DNA from: Alphaproteobacteria bacterium
Lineage (GTDB): Bacteria > Pseudomonadota > Alphaproteobacteria > UBA2966 > CAIVPW01
Direction: 5' to 3'
Length of the DNA: 64,000 bases
Assembly (NCBI GenBank): GCA_947481575.1
Contig: CANKGV010000014.1
Location: 2,903-66,902 of the forward strand
Part shown: one piece after another, positions 43,339 through 52,382 of the stretch
How positions within the stretch are numbered: position 1 is the first letter of the stretch
How the letters are laid out: each line of letters starts with the position of its first letter
Program-made: the position numbers and the translations under genes
The notes under the pieces: generated by a model
Databases searched by the model: none
What the model was told of the DNA's origin: nothing
Seen by the model: the letters and a program-made list of their open reading frames with translations, nothing else

Positions 43339-44310
43339 CTAGGCGGCCGCGGCAATCTCGTTCACCTCGTTGGTGTTGATGCGCAGCAACCGGAAGCGTG
43401 ACTGCCCGGGGCGGTTCCAGCCAGTGGCGAGCGTGATACCCGCGCCGAACCCAAAGCGGCGGCAGAACCCTTCGGCGTCTTCAGGCACCGCCCAATCGCG
43501 GCCGTAGGGGTACGACACCCAATACGGATCGGTGCCGGTGAGGTCGCGGAGGAACGCGCGATTGGCGTTCACGTCGCGGTCAAGGTCTTCGCCGGACAGG
43601 CGCGAGAACGCGGTGTGGCTGTGACCGTGGGCGCCGACGACATGCCCGGCCTTGTTCAGACGGCGCAAGGCGGCGCTATCGAGATACGTGCGAGCGCAGA
43701 ACTGCGCCTCGTCAATGCCACCCACCGCAAGCAGCTCACTGGCGACGCGATCGACCACACCCTGGGGCAGCGTGAAGTTGATGCGGTATTTCAGGACCGC
43801 GTCGGCGCCGGAATCGTATGGATAGATCCGCCGCGCGGCAGCCTCGCCCTTGGCGTCGCCGCCCCTGCGCCAGATCGGCGGCAGCAGGGCATCGAACGCT
43901 GCCGGGAACTTCGGGCCCAGCGTCGCGCGCAGCCAGTGCACTTTGTGTACCGCGAGCGCCCGGCGTTCGACCGCAGGTTTGCTCGGCACGAAGAACCAGC
44001 CGCGGATCCCGGCCGGCTCCAGCACATCCGCGGCAACGCGGGCGTGTTCGGCCAGGCCGTCGTCGAACGTGAGCGCGACACTCGGGCCCGGCAGCGCATC
44101 AGCGTCCCCTTCGACAAAGGCGCGCGCCTCGGCTGGGGAAGCCATGTGGAATTGGTCGGCGAGCATGCGGACCTGCGCGGCGAACTCGGCGGGGAGCATC
44201 GGGTGAATGCCGGCAAAGCGCACCTCACCCGGATCACGCACCGAGAATTCGCCGGGCCCACGAATGTAGTGGTAGTTGACCAGCAATAGCTGGCCCGCGC
44301 GCGCACTCAT
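43339..44310 (-). CDS. Polysaccharide deacetylase (NodB/CE4) family protein
   Basis: VNYHY, LTFDDG, GAHGHSH, SYPYG. Confidence 0.88.
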   Translation of the reverse strand: MSARAGQLLLVNYHYIRGPGEFSVRDPGEVRFAGIHPMLPAEFAAQVRMLADQFHMASPAEARAFVEGDADALPGPSVALTFDDGLAEHARVAADVLEPAGIRGWFFVPSKPAVERRALAVHKVHWLRATLGPKFPAAFDALLPPIWRRGGDAKGEAAARRIYPYDSGADAVLKYRINFTLPQGVVDRVASELLAVGGIDEAQFCARTYLDSAALRRLNKAGHVVGAHGHSHTAFSRLSGEDLDRDVNANRAFLRDLTGTDPYWVSYPYGRDWAVPEDAEGFCRRFGFGAGITLATGWNRPGQSRFRLLRINTNEVNEIAAAA

Positions 44311-45185
44311 CGCAGCTTTTGCGTCCACAGGTCGATGGCGAGGGTTTCGCCAAGGACCTTCATGTACGCGGTACCGAGGCCGCGCGAGGTGATGTAAGCC
44401 CGCAGGTCATCGGCCTCGATCGAGGACAACACACCGCGGATGCCGACCCGATCGCGGTGCAGTGGCTTGGCGAGCGCTGCAAGCGTAGTGCTGTCCTTGC
44501 CAGTGGCGGCGAGGACGCGCTGGTGATCGTCGGGTTGGCCCTGGAACTGGGCGACCACCGGGTCCCACTCTTCGCCCAAGAACGCGAGCAACGGCCGCAT
44601 CACCGATTCGGGCTGCGCCACCAGCGCTTCGTAGCGGACCTCGAGGGTGTTCGCGGGGGTTACGATACCGGCGGTGCGGAACCGTTCCAGCGCGCCGAAC
44701 ACTGCCATCCAGCGATCGCCGAACGCGTCGATGGTGCCCCACTTGCCGGCCTGCCGCAGCGACACGAAGGTATCGCGCGGATCGCGCACGACGTGCACCA
44801 ATTTCGCATTCGGCCAGCGCGCAAAGATGCGGTCGGCGACGGTAGCGTTGCCGGGCGTCTTTTCGGCCCAGCGGCGCTTGCCGACGCGGGGAGTGTGGGC
44901 GGCCATGAACAGGTCGAGGAACTCTTCGGCACTGCGGCGCCCGGCCATGGCGGCTGCGGCCGCGGGGTCCTCGCCGTAGAACCCGGCCAACTGCGCCACA
45001 AGGGACTCGATGGATGCGCCGCCGTGTCCGGTGCCGGTGGCAAAATCCAACTCAAACCAGTTGGTTTCCAGACCGCTGGCAATTGCCGGGTGCTGACCCA
45101 ACATCGCCCGCACCAGACTGGTTCCGGACTTGAACATCCCGCCGATGAAGATCGGATCGGTCGATGCGGGAGCGGGCGCGTTCAT
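44307..45185 (-). CDS. Sulfotransferase family protein
   Basis: 5'-PSB loop IGGMFKSGTSL, WAEKTP, 3'-PB VRDPRDTFVS, RYEALV..PE. Confidence 0.88.
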   Translation of the reverse strand: MNAPAPASTDPIFIGGMFKSGTSLVRAMLGQHPAIASGLETNWFELDFATGTGHGGASIESLVAQLAGFYGEDPAAAAAMAGRRSAEEFLDLFMAAHTPRVGKRRWAEKTPGNATVADRIFARWPNAKLVHVVRDPRDTFVSLRQAGKWGTIDAFGDRWMAVFGALERFRTAGIVTPANTLEVRYEALVAQPESVMRPLLAFLGEEWDPVVAQFQGQPDDHQRVLAATGKDSTTLAALAKPLHRDRVGIRGVLSSIEADDLRAYITSRGLGTAYMKVLGETLAIDLWTQKLR

Positions 45186-46081
45186 CGTTTTACCCGGGCC
45201 AGGACCAAACCAACGCCCATCGCGAGCTTGGTCGGCATGTTCGCTATCACCAGTTCCGGCTCCATTCCGTAGGCGGCAAGGTCGGCGATCGAAGCGGCAA
45301 AGTACTCCTTGCCGACGATCAGCGCGCGGCGGGCACCATCGGCGTTCCAGTCGCGGAACGGCTCAACCATGGCAACATGCCCAGACGAGACCCGGGCGAC
45401 CTCGGCGAGCGCGCGAGCCCGGATCGATTCGACCTGCTCCAACGCCAATGCGGTAAACACCAAGTCGAACGAGGCGTCGGCGAACGGCATCTTGGCCGCG
45501 TCCGCTTCCACCCACTCAATGGCGCGGACGGCGTCGGGCGCGGTGAGCGGCTCAGGCGCGAACTCGAACAGCGCCGGCGGCAGCGGTGCGGCGCAGGCCG
45601 CGCGCGCGGCGGCGACACCGGCGGCGGTGAGTTCGAGGCCGGTGAAGTGAATCTCGGGGAAGCGTGGCGCCAATGCCAGCAGGTTGAAGCCGACACCGGA
45701 GCCAACTTCGAGAACCCGGCGCGGACGCAGCGCGGCGATCACCCGCATCAGCGCGAGCAAATGGATGCGCTTGGTCGCCATGTCGCCGGCCAAGAACGTG
45801 CGGTTGCCCCAAACCAGCGGCACCGCATCGCCCTTGGGGCGCAGGCGGTTGGCGAGGTCGTATTCGGGCCAGATAGTCTTGTCGTATTCGTTGCGCACTT
45901 GGGTGGTGGCCCGGCGGAACCCGAGCAGGGCGCGCCAGCCCCGCTTGCGCTTTTGCCGCCCGGCCTTCGCATCCAACAGGCGCACCTGTTCACGCCAACG
46001 GTCGCCGGTGGGGGGCAGTTCTTCGTGGACCCACGGCGTCAGTAGGCGCTCGATCTCGGCGTCGGGCAAAACGAGTTCCAT
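45182..46081 (-). CDS. Class I SAM-dependent methyltransferase
   Basis: VLEVGSGVG, TGLEL, EADAAKMPFADASFDLVFT, LEQ, EP. Confidence 0.85.
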   Translation of the reverse strand: MELVLPDAEIERLLTPWVHEELPPTGDRWREQVRLLDAKAGRQKRKRGWRALLGFRRATTQVRNEYDKTIWPEYDLANRLRPKGDAVPLVWGNRTFLAGDMATKRIHLLALMRVIAALRPRRVLEVGSGVGFNLLALAPRFPEIHFTGLELTAAGVAAARAACAAPLPPALFEFAPEPLTAPDAVRAIEWVEADAAKMPFADASFDLVFTALALEQVESIRARALAEVARVSSGHVAMVEPFRDWNADGARRALIVGKEYFAASIADLAAYGMEPELVIANMPTKLAMGVGLVLARVKR

Positions 46082-46084
46082 CGG

Positions 46085-46807
46085 CTAGGCCCGGCCCGCG
46101 GATTCGCGCCGCAGCAGGAACTCCGCCAGTTCCAGTTCGAACGGCTCGTCGATGTTGACCACGTGACGATCGATCACGACGGCGGCGCAGTCCTCTTCCA
46201 GAATGTGGCCGCGGTCCACCAGAGCCGCGCGGGTCAACGCGTAGCACAATCCGTTGCGGTGAAAGTAGCTGGGGATCGACTGCCGCAGACTGTGCCGCGC
46301 GCCTTCCGCCAGATAGAAGCCGATCACGCCTTCCGGGCTAACGGTCAGGGTCTTGTGGGGCGTGAAGTGGGCAGGGGTGCGGCTCACGGTGGCGGCCGCC
46401 AAATGACCACCATCGACCACGGCCGCAACCGTGCGCTCCACGTCTTCCGGGCGGCGCAGGGGGCTGGTGGGTTCGAGCAGCACCGAAATGTCGAAGCGGC
46501 GCTGGTAGTGTTCCTCGGCGGAGAGCCACGCGTGTTTCCACATGGCCGCCGAGCCCGCGGTGTCGCCCGAGTGCTCGGGCGGCCGGGTGAACGGAGCATC
46601 GAGACCGTGGGCTACCGCTTCGGCCATGATCTCGTCGGAGTCGGTGGAGATCAGGCCCTCATCGATCCACGGCAAGGCGGCGACGACGGCCGCGGCGCGC
46701 GCAACCAGGCTTAGCCCGCCGACCAGGGCGAGGTTCTTGCGCGGGATCGACTTCGACCCGCCGCGTGCCGGCACGACCGCCAATACTGAGCGTCCCTTGA
46801 AGCTCAC
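46085..46807 (-). CDS. neuA: Acylneuraminate (nonulosonate) cytidylyltransferase
   Basis: VVPARGGSKSIPRKN, ISTDSDEI, PFTRP, LEPTSPLR, RNG..Y, NIDEPFE. Confidence 0.92.
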   Translation of the reverse strand: MSFKGRSVLAVVPARGGSKSIPRKNLALVGGLSLVARAAAVVAALPWIDEGLISTDSDEIMAEAVAHGLDAPFTRPPEHSGDTAGSAAMWKHAWLSAEEHYQRRFDISVLLEPTSPLRRPEDVERTVAAVVDGGHLAAATVSRTPAHFTPHKTLTVSPEGVIGFYLAEGARHSLRQSIPSYFHRNGLCYALTRAALVDRGHILEEDCAAVVIDRHVVNIDEPFELELAEFLLRRESAGRA

Positions 46808-47823
46808 CCTGCCCTCGCTTTGGTCAGGCGCACGGTGCGGCCCTCGGCGCTACTCGTGCGGGCGGCTTCGAGGACACGCAGCACGGCGGTGCCGTCGGCC
46901 AGCGTGCAACTCGCTTTGCGCTTGCCGGCGGCCACGCGCAGGAATTCCTGCGCCACCGCGATGAACATATCGTTGCGCCCGCACGTGTAGTTGGTTTCCT
47001 GCCACGGACCCGCGGCGTCGTGGGCGACCGACACGCGGTTGGGATCGGCCGTCCACAGGATCGTGCCCTGGTCGCCGCTGAAGCGGATGGTCTTGTCGTG
47101 CGGGCGGCCGTAGAGGTCGAGGTGCAGGCTGATGCGCAGGCCGTTGTCGTAGCCGAGCAGCATGTCGACGTTGTCGTCGGTCTCGATTTCCAGGTCGCTG
47201 ATCTTTTCCACCCGGGCGGTAACCGAGGTGGGGCTGCCGAAGAACATCAGCGCCAGATCGACCCAGTGGCTTTCGTCGAGCAACGCGCCGCCGCCTTGTT
47301 CACGGCTTGCCATGAAGAAGTCTTGGTAACGCTCCCACGGATGCCAATCGGCGAGGTGCGCCGACATGACGAAGCGCACGTGGCGCACCGTGCCGATGGT
47401 CTTGGCCGCCAGCAAACGCTTCACGTCGGCGATCGGTGGCCACCACCGCCACGTGTAGCCGAGCAGGACCGGCGCGCTGGCGGTGCGGGCGGCGCGCTCC
47501 AGCTTGCGGCAGGATTCAAGATCGGGCGACACCGGCTTTTCCAGCAACACGGGCAGGCCCGCCTTCAGCGCCAGCAGGGCTTGGTCCACATGGACCCGCG
47601 GCGGCGAGGCGATCACCACCGCGGTGAGCGATCGGCGGTCGACGTGGAACGCTTCCTCGACGGTCTCGTAGCAGCCAACGACGGCCACCTCGGACGAGGC
47701 TTCGCGTAGCCGGTCCGCGCGCGGGTCGACGGCGGAGATGGTGCACCCCAACGCGGCAAGGTTGCGGGCGTGGCGGCGGCCCACCGACCCGGCGCCGACG
47801 ATGAGAACGTGCGGAGTAGCCAT
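46804..47823 (-). CDS. Gfo/Idh/MocA family oxidoreductase
   Basis: GAGSVGRRH, IASPP..H, LLEKP, GGGALLDESHWVD. Confidence 0.9.
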   Translation of the reverse strand: MATPHVLIVGAGSVGRRHARNLAALGCTISAVDPRADRLREASSEVAVVGCYETVEEAFHVDRRSLTAVVIASPPRVHVDQALLALKAGLPVLLEKPVSPDLESCRKLERAARTASAPVLLGYTWRWWPPIADVKRLLAAKTIGTVRHVRFVMSAHLADWHPWERYQDFFMASREQGGGALLDESHWVDLALMFFGSPTSVTARVEKISDLEIETDDNVDMLLGYDNGLRISLHLDLYGRPHDKTIRFSGDQGTILWTADPNRVSVAHDAAGPWQETNYTCGRNDMFIAVAQEFLRVAAGKRKASCTLADGTAVLRVLEAARTSSAEGRTVRLTKARAG

Positions 47824-47825
47824 CG

Positions 47826-49349
47826 CTAGCGGATCCCCAGAACCATGTCTTGGTACGCCATGGGGTCGAACGGCACTTCGATGTAGGCGGGGCCGGCGTG
47901 CCAATCCCATTGGCCGAGTGCATCGTTGAAGCCGCGGGCGGAGTCCGCACGCATCGCCGGAATCTTCATGGAGGCGAGGATATCGCCCCACGACGGCTGG
48001 TCCATCAGCAGCGGCTTCTGCGTGAGGCCATCCTTCATCGCCTTGGTGCGCACGGAGCCGAAGCCGCCGTCGGTGAGCAGCACCACGAGCAGTGGCAGGC
48101 GCTTTTGCACCGCAAGGCGGAGTTCGCCGACGTGGGTGCCGATGCCGCCGTCGCCCAGGAACACGACGGTGGGCACGTCGCGATCGTGCAACGCAGCGCC
48201 GAGGGCCATGGGAATGCCGGTGCCCATGTAGCGGCCCTGGCCCGACATCAGGCACCAATCGGCGCGGCGCGCGCGCCACGCGTGCTCGGCGATGGTGCAG
48301 AAGTAGCCGGTATCGAATACCGCGCGGACGCGGCCGCGGAAGTGACGGTCTACGGTTTCATAGACGTAGGCCGGCAGGAATGGCCCGCCGAGCATGGCGA
48401 CGCGCAGCGTGCCTGTGGCGAGCTGGACTTCCGTAAGCCCCCATTCCTTGCCCGACAGCGCGGCGAACACGTTGGCCGCATCGGCGGTGTTGGTCGCCGC
48501 GGCAAAGCCAAACGCGGGCGACGACGGCAGCGTGTCGATGTTGACGGACGGCGCCTTGAACGGCTTGGTCGCCAGCACCTCACTCGGGCGCAAGCCGAGG
48601 CACACGACGAGATCGGCAGCGGCGACGATCTTTGTCTCGGGCACGCGCTCAAGGCCGACGCCGGTGTAAACGCCCGCGGCCTGCGGCAGGGTTTCATCGA
48701 GCACGCCCTTGGCGGATGCGGTGGTGAACACCGGCACCTGCAGGGCAGCGAGGTACGGACCCCAGCCTTGGCGGATGGCAAGGGTGCCAGCGATCACCAC
48801 CGGGCGCTGGGCCCTCGCAATGACATCGGCGACGCGCGGCTCGCTGGGTGCGAACTGCGGCACGGGCATCGCCGTTTCGCCGCCGATCAGTTCGACCACG
48901 ACGGGGCCCGGCGCTTCGGCGGCAGCAAAACCAGCGATGGCCCCGGCATCCGGATTGGCACCGACCGACAGGCGCGCCTTGGCGACTGCGCGGATCAGGG
49001 ACTCTTGATCCATGCCTTTGTGGCGCACACGCCAGTCGCTGTTGGCTGGGTGCGCTTCCACGCCAGCGACCAACGGGAGCCCTTCGAACCAACAGGCGGC
49101 GAGGCCCGGCACCATGTTGGCGAGACCCGGTCCCTTGATCGCCAGCGCCAGGCCCGGAATGCCTGACTGACGGCCGATGGTGCCGGCCATCAGCGCGGCA
49201 GCGCCTTCGAAGTAGGTCGTGTGAAATTCGACGCCACGCTTTTCCAGCGCATCGACGATTTCGAGCGTAGGCCCGCTACCGGGCACACCGAAAGCATGGC
49301 GCAACCCGGTGGCGGCGAGGCCGTCGGCGAGGGCGACGAGAGCACTCAC
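47826..49349 (-). CDS. Thiamine diphosphate-dependent enzyme (acetolactate synthase-like fold)
   Basis: FGVPGSG, E..AA.MA, GPGLANM, MGTGIPMALGA, GDGG. Start GTG 49349. Confidence 0.88.
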   Translation of the reverse strand: MSALVALADGLAATGLRHAFGVPGSGPTLEIVDALEKRGVEFHTTYFEGAAALMAGTIGRQSGIPGLALAIKGPGLANMVPGLAACWFEGLPLVAGVEAHPANSDWRVRHKGMDQESLIRAVAKARLSVGANPDAGAIAGFAAAEAPGPVVVELIGGETAMPVPQFAPSEPRVADVIARAQRPVVIAGTLAIRQGWGPYLAALQVPVFTTASAKGVLDETLPQAAGVYTGVGLERVPETKIVAAADLVVCLGLRPSEVLATKPFKAPSVNIDTLPSSPAFGFAAATNTADAANVFAALSGKEWGLTEVQLATGTLRVAMLGGPFLPAYVYETVDRHFRGRVRAVFDTGYFCTIAEHAWRARRADWCLMSGQGRYMGTGIPMALGAALHDRDVPTVVFLGDGGIGTHVGELRLAVQKRLPLLVVLLTDGGFGSVRTKAMKDGLTQKPLLMDQPSWGDILASMKIPAMRADSARGFNDALGQWDWHAGPAYIEVPFDPMAYQDMVLGIR

Positions 49350-50287
49350 AGCTGCAATTGCTCCAGGATCTTTTCCGCGGCGCGGCGGCACACCAGCTTC
49401 ACCGCATCGGGACTGAACCCGCCCATGTGTGGCGTGATCAGCAGGTTATCGTGGGTGCGGGCGTAGGCCACGAGCGGGTGGGCATCGATCGCGGGTTCGC
49501 CTTCCAGCACGTCGAGCCCTGCGCCGCCGAGCCGGCCCGAGGTAAGGGCGGCCAGCAGCGCGGCCTCGTCCACCACCGCACCGCGGGAGGTGTTGAGCAG
49601 CACCGCACCCGGCTTAACACCGGCGAGCAATGGGGCAGAGACGAGCCCGCGCGTTTCGTCGGTCAGATGCACATGGACCGAAATGAAGTCGCTGGTGCGG
49701 AATAGTTCCGGCAGGTCGACACGGCGAATGGCCTCGGGCCACTTCGCTTGGTGCGGGTCGTAACCGACTACGTTCATGCCGAATGCCTGCGCATAGCGGG
49801 CCATCCACCCGCCGATGCGGCCGACGCCAACGACGCCTAGTTGGCGGCCATTGAGCATGATGCCGGGGAAGTCTTCGCGGACCCAGCGGCCCGACTTCAC
49901 GTGGTCCAGCGCCGACGGCAGCTTGCGCGCGCAGGCCATCAGCAGCGCCCAGGTGAGCTCGGCGGCGGGCGTGAGGTTGGCCAGCAGGCCGGGATCTTCG
50001 CGCAAGGTCCGTACCGGAATGCCGCGCTTGGCAAGCTCGCCGCGGGCGATGTGATCGGAACCGGTGGTCGCGCAACTGATGATGCGGAGATTGGGCGCCG
50101 CCGCGATCATGGCATCGGTAACCGGCGTGCGCATCGACGCATCGAGCAGCCCGGCGGCGGTCTTCAGCGCGGCACCCACCGCGTCCGGGGTGGGATCAAC
50201 GTTGACGGCCTCGGCCTTGGCGCCCACAGCCTCGCGCAACGCGGCGAAGCCTTCGGGAGCGCCGAGATAAGCAATAATCGGTTTCAT
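49346..50287 (-). CDS. D-isomer-specific 2-hydroxyacid dehydrogenase (SerA-like, no ACT domain)
   Basis: TGSDHI, AELTW.L, GVVGVGRIG, YDP, LNTSRG.VVDE, LDV..EP, TPHMGG. Confidence 0.9.
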   Translation of the reverse strand: MKPIIAYLGAPEGFAALREAVGAKAEAVNVDPTPDAVGAALKTAAGLLDASMRTPVTDAMIAAAPNLRIISCATTGSDHIARGELAKRGIPVRTLREDPGLLANLTPAAELTWALLMACARKLPSALDHVKSGRWVREDFPGIMLNGRQLGVVGVGRIGGWMARYAQAFGMNVVGYDPHQAKWPEAIRRVDLPELFRTSDFISVHVHLTDETRGLVSAPLLAGVKPGAVLLNTSRGAVVDEAALLAALTSGRLGGAGLDVLEGEPAIDAHPLVAYARTHDNLLITPHMGGFSPDAVKLVCRRAAEKILEQLQL

Positions 50288-51216
50288 GCTTTCACCAGAA
50301 CTGCGTAGAGGCGGTCGGCCAGGCCGCGCAACTCGAGCGAGCGGCGCCACGCCGCATCGAGGGCGGGATCGTGGAGGGCGGGCAACGGGGTGAACCCGGA
50401 CGGACGGCCTTCGCGCACCCAGGTGAACGCGTTGGCCAGGCCGTAGCGCTGCACGTAGAGCACGGCGCCGACGCGCAGGCCCGCAGCGGCGGCGCACTTG
50501 CCCAACGCCTTCCCGTCGAAGTACCAGCGGTGCGCGGCACGATAGAAGAAGCGCGGGTAGTCCGGCGCGAGTTCCATCATCGCGTCATCCCGGTTGGGCG
50601 TAGACACCAAGACGCAGCCCTTCGGCGCCAGCAGCGCGGCGGTATCGGCCAGCAGCGCGCGCGGATCGGGCACGTGTTCGATCACGTTGAAGCAGAATGC
50701 GATGTCGACGCGGCCCAGATAGGCCTGTGCGTCGCCCGCAAAGGGAAACACGGCGTAGCCGCGAGCGGCCAGGCCGGGCTGGAGCGCTTGGGCGGGCTCG
50801 ATGGCGACAATTGCTTTCGGCGTGGCGGGGCGGCCGGTGAGCTGATCGAGAAAGCCGCCGGCGCCACAGCCGATTTCGGCCACCGTGGCGCCGGACACGC
50901 GCTCGGACCACGTTGCGTACAGCGTCGGGTCAGCGAACATCTCGTGGGAGTTCGAGAACCCAGAGGTGTCGGACCCCGCTACCGACTGCCAATATTCCGG
51001 ACCCGCGTAGAAGTCTTCGCCGCGGCACGAGGCCTCGGCGAGGCGGTCCACGCCGCAACCGCCGCAGTGCGACACAACCGTGTCGCCGGTGAGATTGCCG
51101 AACGCGCCATCCCGTACCGGGCCGGCGTAACGCTCGGTCCACTTGGATGCGCCGCACACCTCGCACGGGGCGAACGCCGCATGGTCGTCCGCCGTGGCTG
51201 CGGGTTTGGCGTTCAC
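50284..51216 (-). CDS. Class I SAM-dependent methyltransferase with an N-terminal zinc-ribbon
   Basis: CEVC...CGGC, EIGCGAGGF, NVIEHVPDP, STPN, H..YF. Confidence 0.85.
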   Translation of the reverse strand: MNAKPAATADDHAAFAPCEVCGASKWTERYAGPVRDGAFGNLTGDTVVSHCGGCGVDRLAEASCRGEDFYAGPEYWQSVAGSDTSGFSNSHEMFADPTLYATWSERVSGATVAEIGCGAGGFLDQLTGRPATPKAIVAIEPAQALQPGLAARGYAVFPFAGDAQAYLGRVDIAFCFNVIEHVPDPRALLADTAALLAPKGCVLVSTPNRDDAMMELAPDYPRFFYRAAHRWYFDGKALGKCAAAAGLRVGAVLYVQRYGLANAFTWVREGRPSGFTPLPALHDPALDAAWRRSLELRGLADRLYAVLVKA

Positions 51217-52382
51217 GTGTAGGACAGGCGCTTCTGGATGCGGAACTTGGCGGTCGCCAGATGGTCGGCGATGCGCACGCCGGCGTTGCCGTCGCCGAAC
51301 AGGTGCGACGACGGATAGCGGCCGTGAGCGATCTGCGAACGGATGGCAGCGGCAATCTCCGCCGCGTGGTAGCCGACGGTGACCAGATTGGGCCCGTGTT
51401 CGCGGCCCTGCTGGCGGCTGCCGACATTCACTGTAGGTACGCCGAGGTACGCGCCCTCGCGCAGGCCCGACGACGAATTGCCGACAACACACGCGGCGCT
51501 GTTGATCAGGCGCGCGTAATCCTCGGGCCCGAAGTTCCGGTACATGTGCAGCCAGTCGGGGTTGTGGCGCTCGCGGTACATGCGCAAGCCCTTGGACACA
51601 TCATCGGACCCAGCATCGACATTCGGCCACAACCATGCGGTTTGCATCTTGAGGCTGGCGACTGCCTGCAGGGTTTCATTCACCTGCGCGAAGCCCTGGC
51701 CGTATTCGGTGGTCACCGGGTGCTGCAGCACCACAAGGTACGGCTTACTCGGATCGAGATCGGCGCCGACCCCGCGGTAGCGCGAGAAGATATCGGGCGG
51801 CAGGGTGAGATCGGTTTCCGCGACCAGATCGATGGCCGGGCAGCCGGTGAAGTGCACCGTGTCCGGGTTCTCGCCCATGCGCACCAAGAAATCGGCGGCG
51901 CGGAGCGTCGCGGGGAAATGGATGTGCGCGAGCTTGGTGACCGCGTGGCGCACGCTTTCGTCGATATTGCCGGTGACTTCGCCACCCTGGGTGTGGGCGA
52001 GCGCGATGTTCATGTAGCTGGCGGCGACGGCAGTCGCCATGGTCTCAAAGCGGTCGGCGACGGTGACCACGACATCAGGCTTCAGGTTCTCGAACTGGGT
52101 CGCGAGTTCCAGGATGGCGAGGCCAGTGGACTTGGCCATGGTCGTCGGCGTTTCGCCTTCCACGATCGAATGTACCGTTGCCATCGCACGGAAGCCGTCG
52201 GCGGCGATGCTTTCCTGAACGTTGCCGAACCGCGCCAGCAAAGCGCTGGCACCCACAATCAGTTGCAGTTCCAGGCGCGGATGATTCTTGACCGCGCGCA
52301 TGACGGATTTGATGCGGCCGTAGTTGGCGCGGCTGTTGACCACAACGCACACCTTGCGGCGCTGGGACACGGACTGCGTCAT
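51213..52382 (-). CDS. neuC: UDP-N-acetylglucosamine 2-epimerase (hydrolysing), NeuC family
   Basis: SRANYG, DRFE, HTQGGE..GNIDESVRHAVTKLAHIHF, LQHPVT, PNVDAG, GNSSSG.RE, NVGSRQ.GRE. Confidence 0.93.
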   Translation of the reverse strand: MTQSVSQRRKVCVVVNSRANYGRIKSVMRAVKNHPRLELQLIVGASALLARFGNVQESIAADGFRAMATVHSIVEGETPTTMAKSTGLAILELATQFENLKPDVVVTVADRFETMATAVAASYMNIALAHTQGGEVTGNIDESVRHAVTKLAHIHFPATLRAADFLVRMGENPDTVHFTGCPAIDLVAETDLTLPPDIFSRYRGVGADLDPSKPYLVVLQHPVTTEYGQGFAQVNETLQAVASLKMQTAWLWPNVDAGSDDVSKGLRMYRERHNPDWLHMYRNFGPEDYARLINSAACVVGNSSSGLREGAYLGVPTVNVGSRQQGREHGPNLVTVGYHAAEIAAAIRSQIAHGRYPSSHLFGDGNAGVRIADHLATAKFRIQKRLSYT

